In this document: one piece after another, positions 1 to 14,475 of the stretch
Position numbering within the stretch: the stretch's first letter is position 1
Layout: the number at the start of each line of letters is the position of its first letter
DNA from: Octopus vulgaris
Lineage: Eukaryota
Assembly: GCA_951406725.2 (NCBI GenBank)
Contig: OX597814.1
Span: 76,260,001 to 76,324,000, forward strand
DNA: 64,000 nucleotides
Direction of reading: 5' to 3'
The notes under the pieces: model-generated
The model's input: only the letters and a program-made list of their open reading frames with translations
Told to the model about the DNA's origin: nothing
The model's database searches: none
Made by a program: the position numbers and the translations under genes

Positions 1-418
1 TCACAGAGGCAAAGTGGCTGAGTTTCTTTCAAGCATTGGGCCTCACGGAGGCAAAGTGGCTGAGTTCCTTCCGAGTGTTGGGCCTCACAGAGGCAATGGC
101 CAAAACCTATGGCATTATGTCATGCTTGAGAAGTAGATCCATCAAGCTGAGCAAAATCACAGTCATAGCAGATACCAGTGTCACGCATATTGGCACCATG
201 CCAGTAGCACATAAAAGCACCCCTGTGTAATGCAACTGGCACCCGTGCTGATGGCACATAAAAGTACCTATTACACACTTGGAATGGATGGCACAAGGAA
301 GGGCATCCACCCATAGAAAACCATGCCAAATCAGACTGGAGTCTGGTGCAGCCCTCCAGCATGCCAGCCTGTCAAACCATCCAATCCATGCCAGCATGGA
401 CAATGGACATTAAATGAT
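1..418 (+). mobile_element. 3' end of an RTE-clade LINE (ORF C-terminus and 3' UTR)
   Basis: GLTEAM peptide matches the C-terminus of the RTE copy at 57.9-60.1 kb (GLPKAMTSD). The 3' UTR ggaagggcatcc...ccatgccagcatgga...taaatgat is shared with other copies in the window. Confidence 0.75.
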
Positions 419-901
419 CAATCAAATCCACAAGGCTTTGGTTAGTCTGAGGGTATAGTTGAAGACACTTGCTCAAAGTGCCATGCAGCAGGACAGAATC
501 CAGAACAAATAGCTTTCAAAGAGTACTGTTATTAATGCATTAAATTTATTGCCGTTTAACCAAAAGTCAACTCTAATTGAGTAGACTAATGACCAAAAGC
601 ATTCTGGCAATAGACTTGGTGTATCTAGGACTACATTATCCTTGCTGGCTCTGATAAGTGCAGAATATGAGAATATGTTGATTTAGATAAAGACCCCGGT
701 TTTGATTTCCTGTTAAAATGACTTTCAGAAAACATGAAAATCACAATTTCTCAATTAACTTTATCAATAGTATTCAGACTTAATTTATCACACAATATAG
801 ATATCTTAAACTTTTATTTAATATACTGGCACCAGTAAATTTTATGCATGTTTTCCCCTAGAAGAAATACCCAGATGTTTGCATATATATATATATATAT
901 A

Positions 902-1999
902 TGTAGAATAACCATGTGAAAAGGAGATGGTGACGAATGAATGACTCCTTTAAAAGCCAAAATACGGATAAATGAATTAAAGTGCCAGAAAGGAATATGA
1001 GAAGATGACACAACCGTAGTATGTAAGAGAAAGTTTTTATTTTAGATGTTAACATGTGGGTAGCAGAGTGTGTGTCTATGTGCTCGACATAAGTATGTAC
1101 ATAATAATATTAATAGACAGGCCGTCATGCATACAGTAATGTGTATGTGTGCTAGCAGAGTGTGTCTGTGTGTGCGCTATAAGGACATATATAATAAGAA
1201 CAATAAGACAGGCTGTCAAGCATACAATAATGTGTAAGTGTGTACAAACAAAGATGTATGCATGTGAGATAAAATACAGAGCAATAGAAAGTCTATAACA
1301 GTACGCTAGAAGTTCAGACACAAGCTGAAGATAATACCAGTTCGTAGTAAGTTGCACAATAGTTGAGTTCTGTACAAGAAGTTGAGGTCACAAGGCAGAG
1401 GCTGGTTGAACACATGTCATGTAGCAGTTGTGGCTTCTATGCTGTGCCGGGTTACTTGGTACAGAAGGATCTCGCAGGTTGAGCTAGCTGTTAACCTTGG
1501 TGAGTATTCACAAATAGCATGAAGTTAAACCTGGGCGAAGTTGCTGTTGGCATCATTATGTTGAAGGCAACGGTGGTGGAGACAACATTAAGATTGAAGG
1601 CGATGTTAAAATTGAAGGCAATGTTAAGATGAAGGCAACAGTGGTGAAGGTCCTGAATACTGCTAGTGTTGGTGTCACAGTCGCTGGATGCTCTGTGGTC
1701 AGAGCTTAGTCCTTAGAAGGACTAGAACCAAAGATGCGCAATTCAATGAATCGCTGGGTTTTATAGCAAATTGTAGGCTCAAACAGAGCTTTAGAAAAAC
1801 AGTGTCACGGGACCTTATCATAAGGTTGCGATTGGTTGGAGCACACATTGGCGTGAAATAAAGCAAGAAACAAACTGCACCAATACCAACCAATCAGAGT
1901 AGTGGACACAACTGGGCCTAAGCGGCCAAAGGTTGGCTACATCCGTATTTGTGTTATATATGTCAGAGAGAGAGGATTAATTTCATTAAGTTCTGCTAC

Positions 2000-2000
<1 letters not shown>
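902..2000 (-). mobile_element. Solo LTR (LTR retrotransposon, probably Gypsy-like) inserted in (TA)n
   Basis: Termini TGTAG...CTACA. The minus strand has ATTGG/CCAAT boxes and ctataaaa. Clear homology to 63209-64000 (e.g. gttgtgtccactactctgattggttggtattggtgca). Flanked by TA repeats. Confidence 0.7.
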
Positions 2001-2030
<30 letters not shown>

Positions 2031-4476
2031 GAATTACATATCCTTGCCTGTGAAATTTATGCCTCTTAACTTAAATGTGGATGAAGTTTTATGAAAAGCT
2101 AAAAGCTACTTGAGAGTAGCAGCTGGTTGAAAAAATATGATGTTTCTAATGACCTAAAGATCCATACTTCATTGCTGTTACTGGTATTGTGCTCACTTAA
2201 ATGAATCATTCTACTTAGTTTTACCATTTCAAGTAGTACATGTACTATGAAAATGATGCATACTTTGTTGACTTGCAGTGATGAGTTCAAATCTTCATAA
2301 ACATGTCATTTATAAAAAAAACAGGCTCATTTATATTCACTTTCTTATATGAAGACATTGTGATTACCTGCCAAAGACAGATTACATGAAAAGACTTCAT
2401 GTGCTTCAGACATTTATACTTCAGTAGGACTTACTCTCTTTTATCTATGTATTAGAATTACTTCACTTAATATTGATATCACTTTCTCTCAAAAGATTGA
2501 ACAATTTTAGGACAAAAACCAATTATAAAGTGTTATCAAGATTCCTTAAACTATTCATAGATAAACCTGGATCTTATAGAATTCATTATCATTTAAATGT
2601 TCATGGCATGATTACTATTGTAAAGCCTGAAGGTTTACCACTAAGCTAGCAAACAGGCTAATGTATAATCTTAGTGTTTGATTCAATGTTATACTTTAAT
2701 ATTATTAGATTCTTTAGCTCTCAGTTCCTTATGAATTTCAAGTATTGCAAGCTAAATCCAAGATGGAGCATCACTATCAGAGTATAGATGATATAGAAAT
2801 TGAGTGAAATGACTGACTGGCTTGGGTGTTAAGAAAATAAATGGCAAATGAATTATTTGAATAAGATTGGCTAGATTTGAATATGCAATGTCTGTCTAAA
2901 ATTTACCACTTGTCAACTTGTTGCATAGTTTGAAGAAGCAAGCAGCTTAAATTTTGTGAGTTGTCTGAGGTCTGTAGTAGAATCTATTTGATGTAGCTCA
3001 AAAGAGTTGGTTAGCAGCTAGACAGGCTGTGAACAGCTGTCCATAAATTTCAGTGAAAGAAAAATTCTTTGCCTTTTCATAACCCAAGATAAAATGTATG
3101 CATGTGTATATATTGATATTTATCTGTGTATAAATATATAAATATATATACTAGTATGCGTATATTTCAAGATTTGTAAGTATGCTTATATATAGAAATA
3201 TGTATCTACCTATATTTTTTTACTCTCTTTCCAGAATGGTGAGATTGATACACATGTGTTTAGTTTGAAGCTATGTTAGATCTTTTCTGTTTGGTTGCCA
3301 CTTTTCAATTTCTTCAATTTTGTTCCAATTGATTTCAAATTTGTTATAATTTTGTCTGCTCATTATTGATATGAAATTTACTTTCACCATAAATCAATAA
3401 ATAAACATTTAATAGCTTTTTTAAATTTGCAAATTTTGGCTAATTTTAGCCAATCAAAAACCACAGACATATAGGTGCCTGTTCCCATAGTAACAAGTCA
3501 AGTATTGGAAAAGAATTTATGAAAAACCATGTGTTTACAAACTGATATTTTACACAGTGCTTTCCTACTTGTACCCAACTTTTTCTGTTCTTAAAACTAC
3601 AAAATGTATTGTTTATTCTTTTTTATCCTTAAATGCATACCGAATGCGTAAAACTACAAAATATGTGTTGTTTACTTGTTTATTTGATCATTTTTCACTT
3701 ATCAAATGCTTAAAACATGAATTACTGTACAATGTTGACATTATTATTTTGTCGTCTTACAATTGGAGTCATGCACAAAGTGACAGTTTCCAAATCTTGT
3801 TTTCTGACTGGGTAAAAATTATCAAACTTTAAACCTCTGTAACTTGAAAAAAAAATTTTTTCTGGAACAAGCGGCCCTGAGATTCAGCCTGAAAAAATTA
3901 CATCAATACATCAAATTTGAAAATTTTCTCGTAATTTTAATGTTTCAAAAAGTGCAACCAAATAGAAAAGGTTTGGTATGTTGAAAAAAAGATTGCTCAA
4001 AAGAAAAACTGCAACAGACATAATTTTGAATATTGAAGTACACCAGTGTTAGTAAAATGTGGAATGAAAAGAACACTACCAGTACTCACTGCAATGGAGC
4101 AGTCTGACAGGAAGCTTCTAATCAAAGAGAAGAGAGACACATGAATCCTGTAAGTAATATAGATAGTATTTCCTCAATATACATAACACAAAATACTTTG
4201 CTATGTCAAAGACAATAACACTGTTTATATTAAAGTTCTCTCTTGAGTGAGAGAATACATTTGTGTGAAGAGGAGACTTCCAATAGAGCTAGCTCTTTGA
4301 AAATCTTATTAGTAATTACTAATGAGAGAGAGAGGGGGATAGAGAAAAAGACAGAGTTGATTCCTTAAATAAATCCACTTGTTTTCAATGGCTTTTGTCA
4401 TTAAACATTTGGTATGAACTTGTCTTGAAAAGGGTACCTGCAAATTTCAAAACTTTGTAAAAAAAAAAAAATAGTA

Positions 4477-4896
4477 GGTGCAGGAGTGGCTGTGTGGTAA
4501 GTAGCTTGCTTACCAACCACATGGTTCCAGGTTCAGTCCCATTGCGTGGCACCTTGGGTAAGTGTCTTCTACTATAGCCTTAGGCTGACCAAAATCTTGT
4601 GAGTGGATTTGGTAGACGGAAACTGAAAGAAGCCTGTCGTATATATATATATATATATATGTATGTAAGTATGTATGTATATGTTTGTGTGTCTCTGTTT
4701 GCCCCCCTCCCCCACACAACATCGCTTGATAACCGATGCTGGTGTGTTTACATCCCTGTAATTTAGCAGTTCAGCAAAAGAGACCGATAGAATAAGTACT
4801 AGGCTTACAAAGAATAAGTCCTGGGCTCGATTTGCTCAACTAAAGGTGGTGCTCTAGCATGGCCTCAGTCAAATGACTGAAACAAATAAAGAGAGT
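4477..4896 (+). mobile_element. tRNA-derived SINE, family A (near full length, internal TA/TG microsatellite)
   Basis: A-box tggctgtgtgg and B-box ggttcagtccc; tail gactgaaacaa; about 10 homologous copies in the window. Confidence 0.85.
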
Positions 4897-5399
4897 AGCA
4901 GCTAAATCAAAGGAAGCCTGCCATTATGGATGTATGATCATTTAATAAGCAAATTGTCTTACAATTAAGAATTTCACATTTAGAACAGGCATACATTCTA
5001 AAAAAGGATACATTCTAAAAGCTGTATCTAGCACCTAGAAGCACAAGACCACTTGACTGGTAACACAGGCTAGAGCAGTAGCAGCAGCAGCAGTTCCCAA
5101 CAATATGTGTATTGCCTAGCAGATTGGAAAGATTACCGGTGATTCAAAAGCCACTTGAAGCTTTGTCAAAGCAGAATATGACACCCAGCAGGAAATATGA
5201 TGAAGCAACATGCATTGCAACAACCAACAAAGGGTAATATTTCAATCTTGTTTTCTAGCCTTAGTTTTTTGTTACTGCCAGCAGATCCACATCCATATGG
5301 GAAATGTAGTTGTCAACCAACTGTGTCAATAACAGACCATAGCACACATATGTGGAGCAAACATTTATGTTTAGATATGTTACTAAGATATCTAATGGG

Positions 5400-5800
5400 T
5401 TGCAAACCTCTTTTGCTGATAGTTCTGTAGGCAACCTTATTTGAATCCAGTGCCATCATGTTTTAATGAGAATCATCTATAGTTATCTTTCCTGTCACAG
5501 CGTTAGCAACTAGGTGGTGCTTGTTACATAGCTATAAAAGACGTGCACACACAGGTAACATCCTCTTTCTCTCACACACTGCCTGCAGCTAGCCACGGTT
5601 TCTCCATCTCTGTTCATGCTACAAGACAACTTCCCATTGATTGAATTTTCTTAACTTGTCTTTCACCAGTCATGGAATGTGGCAAGACGAAAACATTTCC
5701 TTATTAAAATTCCATTCTGTTATATTGAATGTTACTGTTCAAGCTTTATAAATGCTCTCATCCCAGATTGGAATAAATCCCTCATGTACATGAAGTCTTC
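5400..5800 (+). mobile_element. Highly decayed 3' end of a CR1/L2/Jockey-type LINE
   Basis: Peptide SSFINALIPDWNKSL resembles the SF...WNxLP C-terminal motif of these LINEs. Boundaries approximate. Confidence 0.35.
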
Positions 5801-6664
5801 CCAAGTCTCATGTGAGTTGTTGTTGTTCCTCACTGGACTGATTCTAACAGTGATTGAAGGATAATCGAACATTATATTAAATTAGTGGGCTAAAAACCTG
5901 CTAAAGTTCCATTGACCTACACAGGCATTTTACAGAACTTAAGACAATTATTGTAGAACTTCATATAGGCATTGGGCATATCTTCAAAAGTGGTCAAAGC
6001 AATCAAACTGATTTACAGAAAGGCATTGTGTAATGCAAGAATAAGAGATGTAGGCATTGGCCTTTTTCATACCGTGATGCAGAAGTAATGCAATGTATTG
6101 ACCAGCAAAATTTCTCTAATATTGACTTCAGTTTACATTGCTGCACTAGTAGTGAGAATCAAAGATGTACAGTTCCTCAGTGATGATAGCACAGCAATAG
6201 CAGTCAGTGGCCTTAACAACATGATGACTAGAACACATTCTCATCATCAAATATTTATATCAATCCAAAAGAAGTGTAGGAGAAGATTTAACCTACCTGA
6301 GCAACAATATCAATGAAGCCATAAACAAAATACTTAATTGATAAACAAAAAAGGTCTGTTAAATTCAAACAAATATTTAAGATCTGGAAGAGAAAAAATA
6401 CCTCTCCCTAAAGAAAAGAGTAGGTTTTATAATTTCAATTTACTCCATGATCTTCTCTTCAGTTGTGAGCTATGTAACCTGGAAACCTGTCAAATAGTGA
6501 AGCACAAATATATTTGAGTGCAGATTCCTCCATAAAATCATATGAAGAAGTAGACAAAACAACAATCAAAGTCTGCAGTGGTGTGCAAGCAATAATTCTG
6601 TCAGGCCTGACCTGTAAACCAATTTCTTTGATAGAATCTGAAAAGATAGGGAAAGATCACCATA

Positions 6665-7050
6665 GGTGCAGGTGTGGCTGAGTAGTAAGAAGTTAGCTTC
6701 CCAACCACATGGTTCTGGGTTCAGTCTGACTGCATGGTACCTTAGCTCTTCTACTATAGCTTTAGGTTGAGCAAAGCTTTGTGAGTGGATTCTTGGTAGA
6801 TGGAAACTGAAATAAGCCTGTTGCATATATATATGTATATGTGTGTCTTTGTATCTGTGTTTGTCTCCACTTGACAACCGGTGATGGTTTGTTTACATCC
6901 CTCTAACTTAATAGTTCAGCAAAAGTTACTGATAGAATAAGTACCAGGCTTAAAAATAAGTTTTGGAGTCAATTCATTCAATTAAAACCTCTTCAAGGCA
7001 GTGCCTCAGCATGGCCACAGTCTAATGATTGAAACGAGTAAAAGAGAAAA
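6665..7050 (+). mobile_element. tRNA-derived SINE, family A
   Basis: Colinear with 4477-4896. Confidence 0.8.
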
Positions 7051-8666
7051 AAGGTAAACGATAAGATGATTATTTGTTAAGAATCTTCAGCAGGTGAACA
7101 AGCCCTAAACTTATGCAACAGGAATGAATACAGACCAATTTATTGAAGAATTTTAACTACCTTATGCTTGTAGAGTCTATAATAAGTTTGGAAAAATTAC
7201 GCAGAATGATAGTATGTTAAAAAAAAATGAGAAAAAAAAATCAGATTCTGAAATTTAAATCCATAATCTCTTCTTTCAGCTGATTCAACTGTGCATTATA
7301 TGTATTAAAATAGAAATACTTAGAATATTTATCTGCTTTATTTTAAAATATTCTATAGTTTGCACACTTATTCATTGAAACAATACAGACTTTACTGTTT
7401 TCTAAGCTACGCAGGCCATTTCTACATAGATAAAATATAAAATATTGTTTTGGTGACAGAGTAGCATATGAGTAAAACAAAAGTTGAAAATGTTCAACTA
7501 TATATTTTGTTTTCAACAGAATCATGTAGGTAAGCAGAAAACTTTGAGACAACTGGATATTGCTCAACTTTGAACATATGACAGTGTTTTAGAAATTGAA
7601 AATGCCTTGTCCACTAGGTTACTGCTTGCATATCAATAACAGAGATGCATAACAGCACACAACACGGCCATTTTCATACCACACACATATACACATACAA
7701 CTCTTTACTTGTAACAAACATTCATAGAATTACCATAAAGTAGTTTCTGTTCTCTAACACTTCTAACAGAATCCTTATGTGCCCCTGTAATTCTGAATTC
7801 TCTAACTCCAGTTCCATCTGAATTCAGTTATGTACGCACTTTTCATCAAACATCTCTGACCTGCCTACAACTAATGGTTCACACAACATCTGAAAGGTAA
7901 TGGAAATGGTTGTAAACAAATAGTTCTTTCATCACTTTGAGTATGTCTTCTTTAATCTTTGTCCCTTGCACTTGACAAAGCACAGTTACTACTGAACTTG
8001 GCACCTACTAAAACTTCAACTGTCTTTCATGAAAACATACCCAGTTGTCCACCAGCGGGCTCTTATATCATTATTTCACATTACAACCTTACTGCCAAAC
8101 CATAATACCATGTGCTGTTGAAGTTCTTTCAAACTCTCATTCTATAAACTTGGCAATATCCCAAGCTCTGGTTATATCTCCCACATTCCTCCCATGTACA
8201 TTAAAGACCAGCTTGTTATTACTTCCAGCAACACACATTCCTATGCCAACATTATCATCATTTATATACCTTTAACCTCCCATACATAGGTGGTATCATC
8301 TACTTACATTCTTAACACTTCACACTGTTTATGGAGTCACAGTGACTCCATAAACAGTGACACTTTTCAATGATGACATGAAAACTTGGCTTCTTTAAAC
8401 AGCACAAATACACTACTAGACATATATCAAAGAAACAGTTCTGTACTTCACCCTCCTCTACATATGAACAACGAGCAGTTAAATCCTCAAAGTTATTATG
8501 GATGCTAGGCCTTATGGTCACTCATAGTAACACTACTCATATAACATTGCCAAAATTACATAAAAGAATTCAAATTCCTCTTTCAGGCCCAGAAACTTGG
8601 ATAAATTATTACTGATCATTTTCAAATTTCAGGCAACATCCTTCTCAAATATATGGAAGGCAATGA

Positions 8667-8730
<64 letters not shown>

Positions 8731-8752
8731 GCTGCTACTGCTGCTGCTGCTG
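8667..8752. repeat. (CTA)n/(CTG)n trinucleotide microsatellite
   Basis: Read directly; it produces the poly-L/T/S ORFs. Confidence 0.95.
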
Positions 8753-8933
8753 CACACAAAAAAAGAAAGAATAAGAAAAAGAAAAAAAAGCAGGAGTGCA
8801 TTCAAAAGAAAACCATCCAACAGATTTGCAATGACTCAATCACCAAACAGGCTTCAAGAATTAGATTACAGACATGCTTAATCTTCTCTCTGCTTCTTCT
8901 ATCACTACCACAGTTGCTAATTCTCCTTTGAGG

Positions 8934-10157
8934 TATTAGATTGTCCAGAAAGTTCCGAGTGTCTTTTAATATGCAAAAAGGGATACAAATAATTGACTTT
9001 TCAATAAATTTTATTCATTGAAATAATTTCTATTATTATTAATGACTTTTGCCCATCTATCAGGCAATTTAAATATTCCATCAGTATAAAATTTGACTGA
9101 TTTTGAAGAGAAAAATTATCTAGATGCATTTTGACTCCATCTAAATCATTAAATGTTTTTCATTGCAATGAGTTCTGTAAAGACAAAAGAAGAATATAGT
9201 GGATGGGGTAAGAGATCCCAAAGAAGTTCATGTAACTTTGTTTGGGCAGTCAAAGACACGTGTGGTCAGCCATTGCTTTGGTGGAACACAACCCATTTTC
9301 TGTTGGCAACCCCAGGCTCAATTCTTTGATTTTTTGGTTCAAATTAGCCAACTGATGACAGTACACATCAGAATTAATGGTCTGGTTTTGTGGGGGAAGC
9401 TCACAATAAATAATGCCTTTATGATCCCACAAAAAACACAAAGCATAGCTTTTTTGGCATAGATATTCATCTCTGGTTGCTGTTTTGGGGGATCCTTATG
9501 CAAGCTCCAGGGTCTTTTTTTCACACTACATTTTCGTACACAATCCATTTTTCATCTCCAGTCACAAGTTGTTTAAAAAAAAACATGCTTTCATTCTATT
9601 TCTAAATGGAAATCAGTATTCCACAAATGGAGTACCAGTCCAAGCAATTCTTTTCTGAGAGTTTGTGAGGGACCCATACATCATAGCAAGAAATGTATCC
9701 TAGTTTCACTGGATGTTCATGAGCTGTACTTTTAGAAACTTCCAACTTGTCTGCAAGTTCTCAAACCGTGACATTTGATTTTTGCCTTCAAGATATCTTC
9801 ATCCAATTTTGAAGGTCTTCTACTGCGACTGTCATCTTCCAAGCTAAATTCTCCAGCTTTAAATTTTGCAAGCCACCTTCAAACAACAGTTGATTCACCT
9901 ACAGCACCATCACCATAAACTTCACAAATGTTTTTGCAAGTCTTTGCAGCATTTTCTCCATTTTTAAAAAAGAAAAGCAAATATCAATAAAGGGTAATCA
10001 GAATGAAAAATAAATCTATTTTTAGTCAGGAACAAAGAAGAGATGCACTACCACTTCAAGCAATGCCAAAGTTTTAACTGCTACATTTCAGGTGTGTTCA
10101 ATGAAGTGTTAAAAGATTTACCTTAAAAATGCTCAGAACTTTCCAGACAACGTAATA
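8934..10157 (-). mobile_element. Decayed near full-length mariner (Tc1/mariner) transposon
   Basis: Imperfect TIRs ttagattgtccagaaagttccgag / ctcagaactttccagacaacgtaa with TA at both ends; about 1.2 kb. Minus-strand peptides KKAMLCVF and WDHKGIIYCEL..QTINSDVYCHQL are typical of mariner transposase. Frameshifted. Confidence 0.85.
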
Positions 10158-10325
10158 GCTATCTGCATACCTTGATACACTCATCTCTCTTCTTCCACTT
10201 TGTCTTTTAATCTTTGAAACTTTACTAAACATTTCAATGTGGAAACCTTTCTCTCCAAAACTAAAACCTACTGGAACTTCCTCACTGTTCATGTAATTTT
10301 TTTATCCGGAAATTTCTCCCAGATG

Positions 10326-10494
10326 CAGGACTGTCTGAGCAGCATTATAGGCCCCTGAGCAAATCAATGCAGTAGGCTCTATAGTATTTACTTATTGACA
10401 GCAAGACATACTACATATAGATCGTAATTGGGCCCCTAAGCCTGTGAGGTCCCTGAGCAACAACCTAGTGTGCCCATGTCTTAAGATGGTACTA
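10326..10494. mobile_element. Short hAT-like MITE
   Basis: CAG-type terminus; inverted homologue at 15616-15789 (shared cagcattataggccc). Confidence 0.5.
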
Positions 10495-11484
10495 ATCTGA
10501 TGTTCAATCTGAATGCCTGCCACTCCAATCATATTAGTCTGGATGAGCCCTCAGTAATCATGAATACCATTGCCACCTCCCTTTTGACTAACTTATTGGA
10601 GAACATCATTATTTCATGCCCCAGACCCCATATTAAACACTTTTCTTTTAATTAATAACTCACGTGGAACTCTCTTCCTCTACTCCTTTGCTTTACACAA
10701 AAATTACAACCTACTGTCTGTAACAAAAAAAAACAAAAAAAAACCCAAGTCACATTGAATAATATATTTTGAATTGATTTTTGCTTGAGAAAATGGAATG
10801 ATCATGGTTAGAATGACATTAACCATAGGTCTATCTGCTCAGTCAGGGTTGATCTGGGACTAAACAATGACAATATTTTAGCCTTCAATTATTTCAATTA
10901 TTTCATCATCAGTTAGAAATCATTATAATTAAATCAAAACCATTATTAATAAAACTAGAAGTCGTTATTCCTCCTCCTCCTCCTCATCATCATCATCATC
11001 ACCACCACCACCACCACCACCACCATCATCGTCGTTTTAATGTCCATTTTTCAATGCCTGCATGGGTTGGAAAGAATTTGTTGAGGCAGATTTTCAACAG
11101 CTAGATGCCCTTCCTATCACCAACTCACACATGTTTCCAAATAAAGTAATATTTTCTTTGATCAGACATGTTTTTACAGAAGATTGGAAATGAAGGATAC
11201 CAATTACATGATGGTAACATTTATTTGCAGCCATCACATGAAGTCATAATGAAGAGACAGTAACATACACATGCGTGTGCATGCACACACACAGTAAGTT
11301 TATTTCAGTTTCTACCAATGAAATCCACTCACAATGCTTTAATTAGTCTGGGGCTATAGTTGAAGACACTGAACCCGAAACCATGTGGTTGGGAAACAAA
11401 CTTTTTGCCACACAGCCACACCTGTATCTTATTATTATTAACAGAAATCATTATTATTAGTAAAACTAGAAACCATTTATACTG

Positions 11485-11670
11485 GTTTCAAATTTTGGCA
11501 TAAGGCCAGCAGGTTTGGGGGAGGGACTAAGTCAATTAAATCAGCCTCAGTGTTCAACTGGTACTTATTTTACTGACCCTGAAAGGATGAAAGGCAAAGT
11601 CAACACCAGTGAAATTTGAACTCAAAATGTAAAGACAGAAAAAAATGCTGCTAAGCATTTCACCAGGTGT
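11485..11670 (-). mobile_element. SINE family B (core ...gaaaggatgaaaggcaaagtc...gaatttgaactcag)
   Basis: Core shared with more than 8 copies in the window. Confidence 0.75.
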
Positions 11671-12171
11671 GAGAAACCATTAATATTAAAACTAAAAATC
11701 ATTGTTATTAGTAGAAATAACGCAAAGATTTGAAAAGATTCGTTTATCTTTGGTCAGTTTCATTTCTAACACCATGTCAGCAATAGTGACCATTTATCAT
11801 CACCTCAGAGCAGAAGTTGTGAAATGATGGTAGAAAGATGCCAGCAATTGTCAAGATAGATGATCACTATATGTTAGAATTATAATAGTACCTCTGACTT
11901 TACACTTAGCAAATTTGTCTTGCTTTCAAACTCAACATTTATATATTTATTCCTTGCACCTGTGTGGGAAATAAACGGGCAGACATCAAATGTCTGTATT
12001 TCCAGTTTGATTATTTGTAGTCAGTGATGAATATTAATGTGATTTTAGCAGAAGTGGTCATGGTGGATGATGAACATGAAAGTTAGTAAAACCAAATAGC
12101 TATAGTCAGGAATTCAGCTCATTACAAGTTCAACTTTGCTCTGGAGTACTAATCAGACTCTCTCTCTCTAG

Positions 12172-12229
<58 letters not shown>

Positions 12230-12255
12230 ATGTGTGTGCACCTGTAGTTGAATGT

Positions 12256-12520
12256 GAAGGCACATGGCCTAGTGGTTAGGCTGTTGCACTCAAGATTGGT
12301 AGATCATGGTTTTGATTCCAGACTGGGTTGCACATTGCGTTCTTGAGCAAAACATTTCATTTCATGTTGCTCCAGTCCAACTTTCAACTAGGTGGGAATG
12401 TTGGCCAGCTTACCTACCCAGTGAGAGTAGCATCATTCAAAGGCTAAAATGATGCAAAGCTCACAGTGACCAGCAGTGTGTAATAACATCTGATAGCCTT
12501 GTCAGTCATGTGATCATGTG
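12256..12520 (+). mobile_element. tRNA-derived SINE, family C
   Basis: tRNA-like head tggcctagtggttagg...ttgattcc, followed by ttgcgttcttgagcaaaac; related copy at 24757-25055. Confidence 0.65.
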
Positions 12521-13159
12521 ATATAATTGAATAGAATTTGATTAAAAGCTTTTCAGTATGCTATGCAGCGTGACTGAACCCAGAACTACATAAGTTGTGA
12601 AACAAACTTCTTAACCATACAGACATGCCTGCTGCTCTGAAACACTTGCCCATGGTGTTATGCAGTGGGACTGAACTAAAGTAATATATATTTTGTATTG
12701 GAACATGGGGACTGGTAATTTAGCCTCTCTTAGTAAATTCAGTTACTCTTTAATGTCAAAATACATGTCTTTAAAATTAATTTCTCTGTAATTAATTTAT
12801 TTTAGTTTTAAGTTTAAAGATGATAAAGTAGAGACCAGTTTCAAAATAGAATGGAACCAACATTGGTTGATATTCCCTCTATTAACATTGAATATTAGAT
12901 AATATACTATATTGCTGATCTGACAGGGAAAAACAAATGAAGGCAATACTCTTCATGTATAGCTAGAATTTCTCTTCTTGGTGCTTGACTACAGCCAGGC
13001 TTGTGTAATTAACAGTAAATCCATGAAATAAATAATTATTGAACATTTTTTGATATGTTACTAATGGAAAATTTCCTTGGAAAGTGAAGAGGGTATGTTA
13101 TTTACTACTTTTATAGAGATTGTTATAACTTTTATGATCATATCAGTCAGTTCATATTC

Positions 13160-13350
13160 ATTTCAAATTTTGGCACAAGGCCAGCAATTTTGGGGAAGGT
13201 GGTAAGACAATTAAATCAATCCCAATGCTCAACTAGTACTTACTTTATCAAATCTGGAAGGATGAAAAGCAAAGTCAGCCACAGTAGAATTTGAACTCAG
13301 AACATAAAGACAGACAAAATACCACTACACATTTTGCCACCTCACTGCCT
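13160..13350 (-). mobile_element. SINE family B
   Basis: Same core as 11485-11670. Confidence 0.7.
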
Positions 13351-14064
13351 TCCAGTCAGTTCATATTAAACAGATATATGAAAAGCATTCAATTTTACTT
13401 CACTTTTAAATGTATACAGAAAATGGAGCATTATAAATGTACCATTAAAACAGTTTCCTTGAAAGAAAGTCCTTTGAGATACATCATTTTATAGACACTT
13501 CATTGTCATTCTTATCATCACAAATGCAGTAATCTCTAACCAAGGACACTGTTGTTTACATATTATAATGTAATATGAAATACTCACTGATTTAACATGG
13601 TCATAAGTACAGCAAATAATTATTATTTTTGTTGACCTGATAAATTTTCTTACTTTTTCTCATTGACATATCAAGTATTTATGAGTACTGACATTTTATA
13701 ATATTAATAAAATGACTAGATATACCAATGAAAAAAAAGAAAATTCATTTGATCAATACAAATTAATTAGTACACTTGCATACAGTCACTCATTATTAAC
13801 ATCCAACTTCCTTACTATCACACATCATCATTACTATCTACCATTTTCTCTCTTCCAACACTTTATTCTCCATCGCTCTTTTTTCCTTTATCATGTCACT
13901 CATACTGTTTCTATTGAATCTTCTAATCAACAACCATCATGTAGCTGTCTCACTGTCTCTCTTCCTTTACTCATCCTCCTGTCACTCTCTCACTTCCATC
14001 ATGCTGGTTCTCTTAATTTATGGTCCCCTCTACTATTCTCTTAAATCCATGTTCTTTCATCACT

Positions 14065-14114
<50 letters not shown>

Positions 14115-14441
14115 TATCAAGGGCATAACAACATTATGGTGCTAATGAACAGAGGCAATATGGGGCAGAGAGGACTTAGTGAGAACATGGCAACCTCTCT
14201 AGTGTTATTGCTGTTATGATGAATTGCATCCACTACATTTAGTAAAGCGGTTCGTAATAAGTGTGTCATTCCTGCAATAGAAAACATTCCAGAAAAAGAA
14301 AGTGCAAATAAGTTATGGTCTCTAACCGATCTAGGAGGCAGCAACCCCAATAAAAACTGACTGTCCAGGACATCCTGTCCAACCCATGCTAGCATGGAAA
14401 ACTGGACATAAAAAGTGATGACAATGACCTATAAATGTATG

Positions 14442-14475
<34 letters not shown>

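Noticed and set aside
3960-4155. Possible host exon ending at a gtaagt donor near 4149
   Set aside because: No convincing acceptor, open frame or recognisable peptide; it cannot be supported without RNA data.
7850-8570. Possible retroelement relic (VDDT-like word near 8290 on the minus strand)
   Set aside because: Too decayed; no second motif could be placed in order.
8597-8931. Poly-L/T/S ORFs, and the many YIYI/CVCV/HTHT ORFs elsewhere
   Set aside because: Translations of microsatellites.
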